A stretch of 64,000 bases of DNA from Mobula hypostoma. Its lineage: Eukaryota. The position numbers and the translations under genes were made by a program. Location of the stretch: the NCBI RefSeq assembly GCF_963921235.1, contig NC_086109.1:19346001-19410000 (forward strand). The letters are read 5' to 3'. Below are positions 25,850 through 38,679 of the stretch, piece after piece. The notes beneath the pieces are model-generated. The model was not told the origin of the DNA, did no database searches, and worked only from the letters and a program-made list of their open reading frames with translations. Every line of letters begins with the position of its first letter. Positions within the stretch are counted from its first letter, which is position 1.

Positions 25850-26165
25850 GTTTTATTTATGTATTTGCTTGTTTGTTTGTTTATTTATTGGCATACAACA
25901 CGGAATCAACCCTTCCAGCTCTTTATGCCACGCCGCCCAATAATCCCCTGATTTAATCCTAGCCTAATCACGAGACAACTTACAAAGACCAATTAACTTA
26001 CCAACTGGTATATCTTTAGAATGTGGGAGGAAACCAGAGCACCTGGAGGAAACCCATGCAGCCACGGGGAGGACGTACAAACTCTTTACAGGCAGTCACA
26101 GGAAGTTGAACCAGGTTGCTGGTACTATAAAGCGTTGAGCTAGCAAGTAGGCTACTGTGCCGTAT
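25850..26165 (-). mobile_element. V-SINE
   Basis: gtgggaggaaaccagagcacctggaggaaaccc is the reverse complement of the V domain; A-rich tail on the minus strand. Confidence 0.75.
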
Positions 26166-26840
26166 CTTTGCAAATTTCCATCGCTAACCTCAATCAGAAT
26201 TATTTTTTCTCCCTTAAGATAGCCTTTGATGGACTTCTTGTATAGTTCTGGATCACCGTTCTTGAATGCAACAGATCTAGCCTCAGCAGACAACAAAGCA
26301 CCTGGCGCATCCTTAGTTTTTGGTTTGGGTATGTCAGGTATGTTCTTGAAAGGACACTCTTAACTTCACATGTATTGATTAATTTGGTGACAACTGTGGC
26401 ACATTCATTCTGATACAAAGATGAATCCCTGAATATTGTCTAGTCCACCAACTCAAAGCAGTCCTGTAAGTGCTCCTCCATCTGCCTTGTCCATACCTTC
26501 TTGGTCCTCACCACTGGTGCTGTGGTCTTTAGTCTCTGGCTATACACTGAGAGCAGAAGTACAGCCAGGTGACCAGACTTGGGATGGCACAGTAAGCATT
26601 CTTGAAAGTTGTGCAACAGCGGTCAAGAAAGTTGCCTCTTCTCGTTCCACAGGTAATAATTTGGTGCTAGTTGTTAAGCCACTTCTTCACGCTGGAAATC
26701 CCCCACAATAATGAAGATGCCATCAGAGTGCACAGTCTCATGACTGATTAAAGGTCTCAGCTCCTCCAGGTCCTGCCTGACATTTATTGAGGTCGAATAT
26801 ACATTGCTACCTGGATGATGGCGGAAAACTCCCTCACTCC
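26165..26840 (-). mobile_element. Rex/Babar-type LINE endonuclease/tether fragment
   Basis: HETVHSDGIFIIVGDF, TYPNQK, ARSVAFKNGDPELYKKS. Confidence 0.65.
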
Positions 26841-26846
26841 CCACTG

Positions 26847-28845
26847 AACATATAGAACATATAGAATAGTACAGCACAGTACAGGCCCTTCGGCCCACAA
26901 TGTTGTGCCGATCCTCAAACCCTGCCTCCCATATAAGCCCCCACCTTAGATTCCTCCATATACCTGTCTAGTAGTTTCTTAAACTTCACTAGTGTATCTG
27001 CCTCCACCACTGGCTCAGGCAGTGCATTCCACGCACCAACCACTCTCTGAGTAAAAAACCTTCCTCTAATATCCCCCTTGAACTTCCCACCCCTTACCTT
27101 AAAGCCATGTCCTCTTGTATTGAGCAGTGGTGCCCTGGGTAAGAGGCGCTGGCTATCCACTCTATCTATTCCTCTTATTATCTTGTACACCTCTATCATG
27201 TCTCCTCTCATCCTCCTTCTCTCCAAAGAGTAAAGCCCTAGCTCCCTTAATCTCTGATCATAATGCATACTCTCTAAACCAGGCAGCATCCTGGTAAATC
27301 TCCTCTGTACCCTTTCCAATGCTTCCACATCCTTCCTATATGAGGTGACCAGAACTGGACACAGTACTCCAAGTGTGGCCTAACCAGAGTTTTATAGAGC
27401 TGCATCATTACATCGCGACTCTTAAACACTATCCCTCGACTTATGAAAGCTAACACCCCATAAGCTTTCTTAACTACCCTATCCACTTGTGAGGCAACTT
27501 TCAGGGATCTGTGGACATGTACCCCGAGATCCCTCTGCTCCTCCACACTACCAAGTATCCTGCCATTTACTTTGTACTCTGCCTTGGAGTTTGTCCTTCC
27601 AAAGTGTACCACCTCACACTTCTCCGGGTTGAACTCCATCTGCCACTTCTCAGCCCACTTCTGCATCCTATCAATGTCTCTCTGCAATCTTTGACAATCC
27701 TCTACACTATCTACAACACCACCAACCTTGGTGTCGTCTGCAAACTTGCCAACCCACCCTTCTACCCCCACATCCAGGTCGTTAATAAAAATCACAAAAA
27801 GTAGAGGTCCCAGAACAGATCTTTGTGGGACACGACTAGTCACAATCCTCCAATCTGAATGTACTCCCTCCACCACTACCCTCTGCCTTCTGCAGGCAAG
27901 CCAATTCTGAATCCACCTGGCCAAACTTCCCTGGATCCCATGCCTTCTAACTTTCTGAATAAGCCTACCGTGTGGAACCTTGTCAAATGCCTTACTAAAA
28001 TCCATATAGATCACATCCACTGCACTACCCTCATCTATATGCCTGGTCACCTCCTCAAAGAACTCTATCAGGCTTGTTAGACATGATCTGCCCTTCACAA
28101 AGCCATGCTGACTGTCCCTGATCAGACCATGATTCTCTAAATGCCTATAGATCCTATCTCTAAGAATCTTTTCCAACAGCTTTCCCACCACAGACGTAAG
28201 GCTCAGTGGTCTATAATTACACGGACTATCCCTACTACCTTTTTTGAACAGGAGAACAACATTCACCTCCCTCCAATCCTCCGGTACCATTTCCGTGGAC
28301 AACGAGGACATAAAGATCCTAGCCAGAGGCTCAGCAATCTCTTCTCTCGCCTCGTGGAGCAGCCTGGGGAATATTCCGTCAGGCCCTGGGGACTTATCTG
28401 TCCTAATGTATTTTAACAGCTCCAACCTCCTTTCCCTTAATATCAGCATGCTCCAGAACATCAACCTCACTCATATTGTCCTCACCATCATCAAGTTCCC
28501 TCTCATTGGTGAATACCGAAGAGAAGTATTCAATGAGGACCTCGCTCACTTCCACAGCCTCCAGGCACATCTTCCCACCTTTATCTCTAATCGGTCCTAC
28601 CTTCACTTCTGTCATCCTTTTGTTCTTCACATAATTGAAGAATGCCTTGGGGTTTTCCTTTACCCTACTCGCCAAGGCCTTCTCATGTCCCCTCTTGCTA
28701 TTCTCAGCCCCTTCTTAAGCTCCTTTCTTGCTTCCCTATATTCCTCTTTAGACCCATCTGATCCTTGCTTCCTAAACCTCATGTATGCTGCCTTCTTCCT
28801 CCTGACTAGATTTTCCACCTCACTTGTCACCCATGGTTCCCTCAC
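26847..28845 (-). mobile_element. Young 5'-truncated CR1 LINE
   Basis: Near-continuous ORF2 with few frameshifts; 3' stem gggccgaagggcc and a tandem tail (gaacatata on +). Confidence 0.93.
27274..28470 (-). pseudogene. CR1 reverse transcriptase domain (frameshifts at both ends)
   Basis: KSPGPDGI, NYRPLSLTSVVGK, QHGFVKGRSCLT, YMDFSKAFDKVPH, VPQRSVLGPLLF, KFADDTK. Confidence 0.92.
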
Positions 28846-29069
28846 TGCACCTCATTATCCATAATTTTCTTGGTTATGGTTGGAAAAGCTAGTTAAATAA
28901 AGATTCATTTGTGAGTGCAAACCTTTTTATCGACTGTAATGTCCTGGTTTGTACACAATAGAATCTTGTGATTAGAGTAAAATGCAGGCACAATACTGGC
29001 AACTTCATCCTCCCTAAATACGCCCTTTTCACCAGAAAATGATCACTGCATTGACACCACCTGGTGCTT

Positions 29070-29330
29070 CACAAACTGTAGTGTAGCAGTGACTGTAACA
29101 TTATTACAGTGCCAGCAACCCCGGTTCAATTCTGATGCTGTCTGTGAGGGGTTTGCATGTTCCCCCATCATCTTGTGGGTTTCCTCCCGTTTCTTCAGTT
29201 TCCTCCACATTCTAACGTTGTACGGATAGGGCTGTTCATTCGTCACAGGTGCTTAACTGGACGGTGCCGACTCGTTGGGCCAGAAAGACCTTTTACCCTG
29301 CCCGTTTCTCTAAAAAAAAGTAAATAAAGA
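29070..29330 (+). mobile_element. V-SINE
   Basis: B-box-like ggttcaattc, then tttgcatgttcccc..gtgggtttcctcc..gtttcctccacatt. Confidence 0.7.
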
Positions 29331-29544
29331 GTCGGAAAGGTAAAATATGACAAGTGTTAATCTCCATCTCATTTCCTTTGCAGATTACATTAAAGGAATG
29401 TAATCTCTTGATACTTCACCACTCCAGTCAACTGAAGTGACACATTATATTTATTTATAGTTATTTCAAGACAACAGATCAGAGAGATTTTTGTGCATTT
29501 TCTTGAGAAGCATACTACGTTCACTAACATAAACTCATAGTTTA

Positions 29545-29880
29545 ATCAATGAGGGCACGACACCACCTATCAGCTGCTCGCAATGTAGTCCAAACATCTT
29601 TACCCCGGTGTCTCCACAACAGTTCACACCTTCATTCATGCAAAAATAAGACTAATGACCCTCCCATTAACTCTACAACTCCTAATGACCCTCATGTGAT
29701 TGCTCTCACTTTAAACAACAGAGTTTATAAACCAGAAAACTACCTACCATGGATTAGAACTGAAGAAGCCTCTCAGATGAGTGGTGAAATGCCTTTTAGA
29801 CAACACAGCAAGTCCAGTTGGCTTGATTTACTAATGCTTGATATACAATGACTGGGATGACTGAGAACCTTCATAGACAT
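29545..29880 (+). mobile_element. 3' end of a second Penelope-like family with its own hammerhead-like motif
   Basis: RHHLSA..NVVQTSLPR C-terminal remnant; agaa CTGAAGA agcctctcagatgagtggt GAAA tgcc at 29756-29793; ends gatgactgagaaccttcatagacat. Confidence 0.6.
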
Positions 29881-29884
29881 ATTC

Positions 29885-30180
29885 CTTCCCTCTTTTCTTT
29901 CTTACATCGCCTTCTGTGCTCTCTTATCAGATTCCCCCTTTTCCAGCCCTGTATCTCTTTCACTAATCATCTTCCCAGCTCTTTACTTCTCTCCCCCCCC
30001 CCCCACCCCCTGTTCCGGTTTCACCTGCCACCATGTGCTTCTTCCTCCCCTCCCTCACCTTCTTACTCTGACTACTCATCTTCTTTTTCCAGCCCTGGTG
30101 AAGGGACTCAGCCTGAAACTTCGACTGTGCTCTTTTCCATAGATGCTGCCTGGCCTACTGAGTTCCTCCAGCATTTTGTA
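29885..30180 (+). mobile_element. Penelope-derived tail repeat
   Basis: Pyrimidine tract, then ctggtgaagggactcagcctgaaacttcgactg..gatgctgcctggcc. Confidence 0.75.
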
Positions 30181-30239
30181 TACACATATACAATATATAT
30201 GTCTTCAAACTCAGGATGGATCCCAGCACAGAGGATTGC

Positions 30240-33018
30240 TATCACATGTTGAATTGGAAGATGCACCGCAGCAACGTCACCACAGAACTGAGCCAATCGG
30301 CAAACATGAATTCAAACCACACTTCCACAACTCACAGATGGTGTAAAGACAATAGCCTCATCTTGTACATGGGCAAATCAAGTTCAAACCTCGCCTCAGG
30401 GCATATTGACCCTGGCTGCCACAATCAGAGAGAAAATCATAGCTAAACTGATGACTGTCAATCAACAATCAAGGCTCCCCAGACTTAGTGATAAAATTCC
30501 ATCAGACTGCATGCTAGAAGCAGCCAGTGAAGTACTAATCACAATTGCAATCTTCAACATAGCTGAGACCGATAACCTGATGTATCCATTGGCAGCAGCA
30601 ACTCTAGAAATGCTGGGCTACAAAATGAAATTCAGTGGAGAGTACTGTCATAATACCTCCTGGAGACAACGATTGGAAGCCAAGATGAAATCCATAAGGG
30701 TGGAGGTCAGCAGACTAACTGAGCTGCGGAAAGGTGTGAAGATCAAAGACTCATCTTGGCTACAAAGGAATTACAGAGGTGTGTCCATAGCCAAACACTG
30801 GAAAGTGCCCAGCAACAGTTAACAGCTCTGGCTACCAGACTACAGAGGTACACTAAGGACACAGAGGCCATGCGAATAAATGCCCTCTTCTCCAAAGAAC
30901 CAGGAAAAGTATTAGCACAGTTCCAGAGTAACAACATGCCAGTACCTGAACCAACCAAAATAGCAACTGAGGCGTACTTGTAGAGTATATGGGAGAAAGA
31001 AACATCACATTACACCAGTGCCCAATGGCTGAAAGACCTACAAGCAAGCTGCTGCAACCTCACCATTACATCAGTAGATGTCCAGCAACAGGTAGCAAAT
31101 ATGAAGAACTGGACATCACCAGGGCCTGACATGATTCACACCTATTGATTAAAGAAACTGACAGTATTATATACACAGCTAGCAGCACAAATGAACCAGC
31201 TGCTTGAAGAAGGCTCCCATCCTGACTGGCTAACTCAAGGAAGGACAGTACTCATAAAGAAGGATCCCCACAAAAGAGCAACACCATCAAACTACCAGCC
31301 TATAACCTGCCAGTCAACAACATGGAAGCTCCTATCAGGCATCATAGCCACCAAGCTGAAGAAACGTGTGTAAATTCCTGAGCCCTGCTCAGAGGGGGAT
31401 TGGTAATGGAACCAGTGGCTCCAAGCACCAACTACTGATAGACAAACCAGTCATGCGAGACTCCCAAGACCAGGCAAACCAACTGAAACAGAGCCTGGAT
31501 CGACTACCAGAAAGCATAAGACTCAAAGCCTCACTTATGGATCCTGGAATGCCCGTCTCTGCACAAGGTCAACAAGACACTAAGGACCTTCATCAAGAAC
31601 TCAGTGGGCTGTCGGAGGACAATGCTAGAAGTTAACTCAAAGCCAATAACACAAGTATCCATCAGATGTGGAACATACCAGGGTGATGCATCATCCCCAC
31701 TGCTGATCTGCATAGGCGTGAACCTCCTCAGCCATATCATCTCAAAGAGTGGATATGGGTACAGGTTCAAGAGTGGAGTGACCATCAGTCACCTTCTGCA
31801 CATAGATGACATCAAGCTGTATGCCAGAAATGAAAGAGACTTTGACTCACTAAACCACCTGACAAGGGTATACAGCAGAGACATTGGGATGCCATTTGGA
31901 CTGGAAAAATCAAGCCAGATGGTAGTGAAAAGAAGCAATCTCATCAAGATTGAAGGAGACGAGTTACCTGAAGGTCAGATACTGGATATCTTGGACAATT
32001 ACAAATATCTGGGTATCCTGCAGGTGCATGGAAGCCAGGATGAGGACATGGGGGTCTGCAGCATTCAAGTATCTCCAAAGAGTGAGGTAGGTCCTAAAAA
32101 GCCAGCTAAATGGGAAGAATAAGTTCAGAGCCATCAACACATTCACACTACCAGTCATCAGATACCCAGCTGCAATAGTGTGCTGGCCAAGAAACAAACA
32201 GGAAGCCACTGACATCAAGACCCAGAAGCTCCTAACAATACCTGGAAGATTCCATCCAACGTCCAATATTGAGCGACTCTACACCCACTGGAATAAAGGA
32301 GGACAGGGACCTGGAAGTGTCCAGGCCACAGTCCTGGAAGAAATGCAAAACATCCATGAGTATGTCAGGAAGATGGTCCCTAAGGATGACCTGCTAGGAG
32401 AATACCACAGGCAGCAGGCAGGAGATATGGAAATGGAAGTGGGTGAACCAGAGGTCATGGCAAGACAAGCCACTGCAGAGGTTGTACCATCACCAGATAT
32501 CAGGGGCGGCTGACATAAGAAAGTCCCACCAATGGCTGGAAATTGCAGGGCTGAAGGACAGCACAGAGGCATTGCTCATAGATGCATAAGAACCGGAGCT
32601 GAGCACAAAAGCAATAGAAGCAGGGTTCTATCACACCAGACAAGACCCAAGATGCAGACTGTGCAAGGAATCCACTGAAACCATCCAGCACGTAGTAGCC
32701 GGGTGCAAGATGCAGGCAGGGGTAGCATTCACTGAATGGCACAACCAAGCTGCAGGAATTATGTACAGGAACATCTACGCTGGGTATGGATCGGACACTC
32801 CCAAGTCCAAATGGGAAACAGCCGAAACGCTAGTGGAGAATGACAGAGCTGAGATCCTGTGGGACTTCCACATACAGACTGATGATCAGGTACTGGCCAA
32901 CCAACCAGACATAGTCATACTGAACAATGAATAGAAGAAAGCAATTGTCATAGATGTGGCAACCTCGAATGACAGTAACATCAGGAAGAAAGAATATTAG
33001 AAGCTGGAGAAATACCAG
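30240..33018 (+). mobile_element. R4/Dong (Rex6-like) non-LTR retrotransposon with restriction-like endonuclease, decayed
   Basis: NWTSPGPD, NYQPITCQSTTWKLL, GTYQGDASSPLL, HLLHIDDIKLYA, CRLCKESTETIQHVVAGC, ILWDFHIQTD..NQPDIVI..IDVA..KLEKY. Confidence 0.88.
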
Positions 33019-33200
33019 TAGTGCAAAAAGAGAAAAAATGTCGTGAGGTAGTGTTCATGGGTTCAAAGTCCATTCAGAAATCTGATGGCAGAGGGGAAGA
33101 AGCTATTCCTGAATCACTGAGTCTTCACGCTCCTGTACCTTTTCCCTGATGGTAGCAATGAGAAGAGGGCATGTCCTGGGTGATGGGGGTCCTTAATGAT
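33019..33200 (-). mobile_element. Rex/Babar-type 3' fragment
   Basis: Matches 23240-23400 (gtccattcagaaatctgatggc..gaagaagct). Confidence 0.7.
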
Positions 33201-33220
33201 GGAACTGAAATGCGTACTGT

Positions 33221-33350
33221 CCAAAACAATTCACAGATTCAGCCTTGCCTGCTAAATTCCTCCAGCAGTTTACATCTTAGCCACACCAAAACAATTCACA
33301 GATTCAGCCTTGCCTGCTAAATTCCTCCAGCAGTTTACATCTTAGCCACA
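33221..33350 (+). repeat. Perfect 65-bp tandem duplication
   Basis: 33221-33285 is identical to 33286-33350. Confidence 0.95.
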
Positions 33351-33430
33351 ATCAGGGCAGGTTTACATGGTTGAATGAACTCCCCCATCTTAAATTTCAT
33401 TACTTATATTAAGATGGATCAAAGCAAACA

Positions 33431-34625
33431 GCTTAAAATAAGAATCAGTTCTGAATGATTAACACTGATCCTGACATCTATGGTCCATGGTCTGTTTCTG
33501 CTCCCGTGGGCTTGAAGTGCAAGTGACAGGCAGGCAGGCAGGTGGAATATTTAATCCAGTCTTGTATGTTCACTTTTTGTTTCACTGCCATCCTCATGAA
33601 TTAGTCAGCATCCTTCCGAGCTCGCTGCCTTATCAGCACGATTGAACAATAACCACTTGCCATAGCTTTGTAATCTACTGACTGAAATAGATTCACTGTG
33701 CTAAAAATAGTTCTTCCAGTTTCTCTTTGTCTGGGCTGAATATAAAAGCTGTTAAGGAGCTTCTAAAGAAACTGGCTTTTCCTTGCAGCAGAAGTCAATG
33801 CAAAAGCACAGCATTTCTGATGACCCCCAACATGCCCCTTCACAATGCACACTAAACCTTAATGAGACTCAGGGCATTCACTGAATTGGGCAGGGTCAAC
33901 TGAAGGGAAACAGGACCCTCAGCATATCCACTCCAATCCAGTGTTTATTCTTCAGTGAATCTCCTTCCTTCTCTCTTTATCTCTCCACCTCAGCGTATCC
34001 CTCTGTCGCTTTCTGCCTTGCCTACTTCTCAAATATTCTTAGTGCTTTGCCTTGACAACTCCAGGTCATGGTGACTTCTATATTTACTCCAGTCCATTTC
34101 CATAGACTTGCGGCCCGTTAACTTATGGCAGGGAATTCAGATAGTTTTTTAAAGAATGTGGCAAACATTGGGGAAAATGGGAAAACAAGACATTGCAGAT
34201 GCTGGAATCTGGTGCAATACAGAGCAATGTTCCTGGAAATCAATAGGTTAGAGATCATGTAAAGAGGGAAGAATTTTACATTTAATGACGAGACTGCTCA
34301 TCTGGACTGAAGAACAGAACAGAGGTAGACCGTATGAAACAGTAGAGGAGCAAAGGCTGGCAGGTGATAGGTGGATCCAGATGAAGGAGGAGGGTGATGG
34401 GTTATTGATCATTGCTCAATCGCACTGATAAGGCAGCGAGCTCAGAAGGATGCTGACTGTATCATGAGGATGGCAGTGAAACAAAAAGTGAACATACAAG
34501 ACTGGATTATATATTTCACCTGCCTGCCTGTCACTGCACTTTAAGCTCACGGGAGCAGAAACAGACCATGGACCATAGATGTCAGGATCAGTGTTAATCA
34601 TTCAGAACTGGTTGTTATTTTGAGC
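33431..34625. repeat. Inverted repeat with ~220-bp arms (33431-33650, 34411-34625) and a ~760-bp spacer
   Basis: For example ctgatcctgacatctatggtccatggtctgtttctgctcccgtg vs cacgggagcagaaacagaccatggaccatagatgtcaggatcag. Confidence 0.93.
34180..34402 (-). mobile_element. Penelope-derived tail repeat
   Basis: tgcagatgctggaatc..ctcatctggactga..caggtgataggtgga. Confidence 0.6.
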
Positions 34626-34935
34626 TTCTCATTGTTACCGTCAAGAAGGAGGTACAGAAACCTGAAAGCACACACTCAGCGATTCAGAAACAGCTTCTTC
34701 CCCTCTGCCATCCAATTCCTAAACGGACATTGAACCCATGAACACTACCTTACATATTAAAAAAATATATATTATTCTTGTTTTTGAACTATTTTTAATC
34801 TATTCAATATTGTAATTGATTTATTTCTCCATTTATTTTTCTTCTCTTTCTATATTATCTTGTATTGCGTTTTACTGCTGCTGCTAAGTTAATAAATTTC
34901 ACGATATATTTTGGTGATAATAAACTTGATTCTGA
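34626..34935 (+). mobile_element. Rex/Babar-type 3' end
   Basis: RRYRNLKAHTQRFRNSFFPSAIQFLN; aataaacttgattctga tail. Confidence 0.75.
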
Positions 34936-36004
34936 TATGGATAGGTGGAGTGCCTAATGACTGAAGATGCACTCCTTTCCTCTCCACTCCCCTCTCCCAT
35001 CCTCACCTCCCTGGTTTAATTCATTGGCACATGAATGCGGATGGCAGAGGGGAGAGGTGAGGAAAGGGGGCAAGTGGGAGGTAGGTATGGTGATGGAGAT
35101 GGACGTAGACATTAAGAAAAAAATAGCTTCACACATCTCTGTAGGGAAAAAAATGCAGAGTTAATACTCTCAAATAGAATCCAAATTTATGCTTTAAAAG
35201 GGTAATACTGTAGTGCGGAAGAGGACAAGAAAATTGGAACTAATACCCTACCTTTCAAAGAGTTGTCACAGATACCATGGGCTAAAAGCTCTTCTTATGT
35301 ACGATAAGATTCTGTGATTCTATATTGGGCAGAAGTGATCCGTCGCACAGCCAGAAGAGGAAGACAGAGGAGAATGTAGATCTTTGACTTGATTTTACCC
35401 TTCACCTCTTTGAACTTGTTCCTTCGTCTGACTCAATCTTATCCAGCCTCTTGTGAAGTTCGACTACTGTGTTTTTTTTTTGCACTGGGTCAGTGCATGG
35501 TACAGAAAATAAATAATTATTCAAATATTGGGATTGAAATTGCTCTTTGTCAGTATTGCAGAATAAATGACAATGATCCAACAGCTCATTTTACACCCAA
35601 CCCAATGTGTTTTTACAAGTGAAGCTGAATGAACAGGCAGAATGTACAATTGGCTGCTGTTTCTGTATTTGGCTTTTGTGTAAACCAGTCTCATCTGCGT
35701 TTGCTTTTGATGGCTTTGTTTGAGTGCAGAACACTGGACAAGACACAGAATAACTCCCTGCTCATCTACCATTAAGTATAAATTGAATCTTATATTTCAA
35801 TTTATAGCTTTATCTCAAGGACACAAAAGAGAGAAAAGATGTTTTACATTGCATAGAAGCTTATTCTCGGTCCCTTCTGTTTTCCGTCTTGGAACCATAC
35901 TTCAGAAAGGAGATCACAAACACAATAAATTCTCCAGATGCTGGGAATTGAGCAACACAAAGTGCTACAGCTGCTGAGTTCATCTAGAACTTTGTGCGTT
36001 GCTC

Positions 36005-36582
36005 AAGAGGTTATGTTGCAACTTTATAAAACTTTGGTCAGGCCACATCTGGAGTATTGCAGCCAATTCTGGTTGCCCCACTATAGGAAGGACGTTGAGG
36101 CTTTGGAGAGGGTGTAGCACAGATTTACCAGGATGCAGCCCAGTTTAGAAGGCCTGTGCTATCACGAGAGGCTGCATAAACTTGGATTGTTTTCTCTGGA
36201 GCGACGGGGGTTTACAAGATTATGAGAGGCATTGATAGGGTGGACAGAGAGAATCTGTTTCGCAGGGTTGAAATGTCTAATACCAGAGGGCATGCATTGA
36301 AGGTGAGAGGGTGGTAGGTTCAAGGGTGATATGAGGGGTAAGTTCTTTACTCAGAGAGTGGTGGATGCCTGGGATGCTCTGCCTGGTACGGTGTTAGAGG
36401 CAAATGCATTAGAGGCTTTTAAGAGACGTTTGGATAGGCACATGTATGTAAGGGAGATGAAGGGATATGGACATGGTTTAGGTAGAAGGGATTAATGTTT
36501 AGATGTTTTTAATTTGGTCTTAAGCTGGTTCAGCACAACATCGTGGGACAAATGGCCTGTTCCTGTGCTGTACTGTGCTATG
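36005..36582 (+). mobile_element. CR1 3' fragment
   Basis: LYKTLVRPHLEYC..FFTQRVVDAW; 3' end aatggcctgttcctgtgctgtactg. Confidence 0.85.
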
Positions 36583-38679
36583 TCTAAAAAGATGTTGGCC
36601 AGTGAAGGAGGACAGCATGATGCTGGGGTTTGGAATATAGGGTCATATATGGAGCAAAGGCAGGTAATTGGAGTTGAGATATGGACGAACTGAGAGTGGA
36701 GCAAGGTGGTTGCATGTCTTTGCTAAATCACTGACCCCTCTATACTTTATGACAATGTAAAGCTACTCAATCACCACCATTGATCCACTGGTGAAATTCA
36801 TTCCATCCTATAGAGTAGGCAAGGAGTATTTACTCTATACATGGTTTGCAGTTGAGGAATTCCTTCTACAGCAACACACTAATATGGCAAGTCATTCCTT
36901 GGCCCTCAGGTGGAAACGTATGTCAATTTCTAGACACTATTCTTGTAGGAAGTGTGTCAAAGCTGCAGAGAGTACAGAGGAAGATGATTCAAATGGTTCC
37001 GTTAATTATCAGAGAATGTATCCAGTATACAACCTGAAATACTTGTCTTTTCAGACATCCACAAAGAACAGAAGAACCCCAAATAAATGAACAACAAAAA
37101 AGTGTTAGAACCACTGAACCTGTTAATAGAGTCCATAACCTCATAATCTTTGAACAGGATAGTGCAAGGGATGTGTTTGGTTGTATGAAGAGTTTGCAAC
37201 CGCTGAAATTGTTCTCTTTACAACAATAAGGTCACAGAGTTTCCTAACAAAGGTGTTCAAAGTGGTAAGAGATTATATATAATAGTGATATTTCCTCTGA
37301 CCAGTCGATCAGTTGTTTCTTCTTCAACTTTTCCTATCCATATACTTCTCTGATAGTTGTTATTTCACCTGTCTCAATCACATCCTCTGGCAGCTCATTT
37401 TACAAACAGCAGCATATGTGTCACCTTCTGTGTAAAAAAGTTGCTCCTAATGGTCCTATTAAATCTTTCCCTTCTTACCTTAAATTTTTCATTCTTGATC
37501 CCCCGACCCTGAGGAAAAGATAGACTGGTGGGCGTGTTCAAGGACATCTTCAATCTCTCAATGCTGCAGTCAGAGTTTCCAACCTGCTTCACATAGGCGG
37601 CAATCATACCCATGTCCAAGAAAAGCAGGGTAAGCTGTGTCAACGATCATCACCGAATGGCACTCTACTGTGCTGAAGTGCTTCGAGAGGTTGATCATGG
37701 CCTGGATCAACCCGTGCATAAGCAAGGGTCTGGGCCCACTGCAATTTGCCTATCACCACAAGAGGTCTACAGTGGATGCAAACTCACTGGCTCTGCACTC
37801 GCCCTTGGATCACCAGAACGATAATAATACCTATATCAGGCTGCTATTTATTGATTACAACTCAGCATTCAACACCATCATACTCTCAGTTGTAATCAAT
37901 TAGCTCCAGAATCTGGCCCTCTGTACTTCCCTTTGCAACTAGATCCTTGATTTCCTCTCTGGGAGACCACAGTCTATACAGATCAGAAATAACATCCGCT
38001 CCTCCCTGTCAAACAACAGTGACATATCTCAAAGATGTGTCCGTAGCTCACTACACTAAGCTCTCAACACCCACAACTGTATAGCTTGGCATGGCTCAAA
38101 TGTCTTCTATAAATTTGCCGATGACACAACTATTGTTTGCAGAATTTCAGATGGTGGCAAGGAGGCATACGGGAGCAAGACAGATCAGCTGGTTGAGTGG
38201 TGTCGCAGCAATTCAATGTCAGTAAAGTCAAGAAATTAACTGTGGACTTCAAGAAGGGTAAGATGAGGAAACATTCACTAGATCTCATTGAGGAACCAGA
38301 AGTGGAAAGTGTGAGCAGTTTCATGTTGCTGCGTGTCAACATCTCTGAGAATCTATCCTGGACCCAAACTATTGATGCAATTACCAAGAAGGCACAACAG
38401 TGACTATAGTTCATTAGGAGTTTGAGGAGGCTTGATATGCAATGGGAAGCATTTAAAGATCGCATGGATGAACTACAACAATTGTTCATCCCAGTTTGGC
38501 AAAAGAATAAACCAGGGAAGGTAGTACATCCATGGCTGACAAGGGAAATTAAGGATAGTATCAATTCCAAAGAAGAAACATACAAATTAGCCAGAAAAAG
38601 TGGCACACCTGAGGACTGGGAGAAATTCAGAGTCCAGCAGAGGAGGACAAAGGGCTTAATTAGAAAAGGGAAAAAAGAT

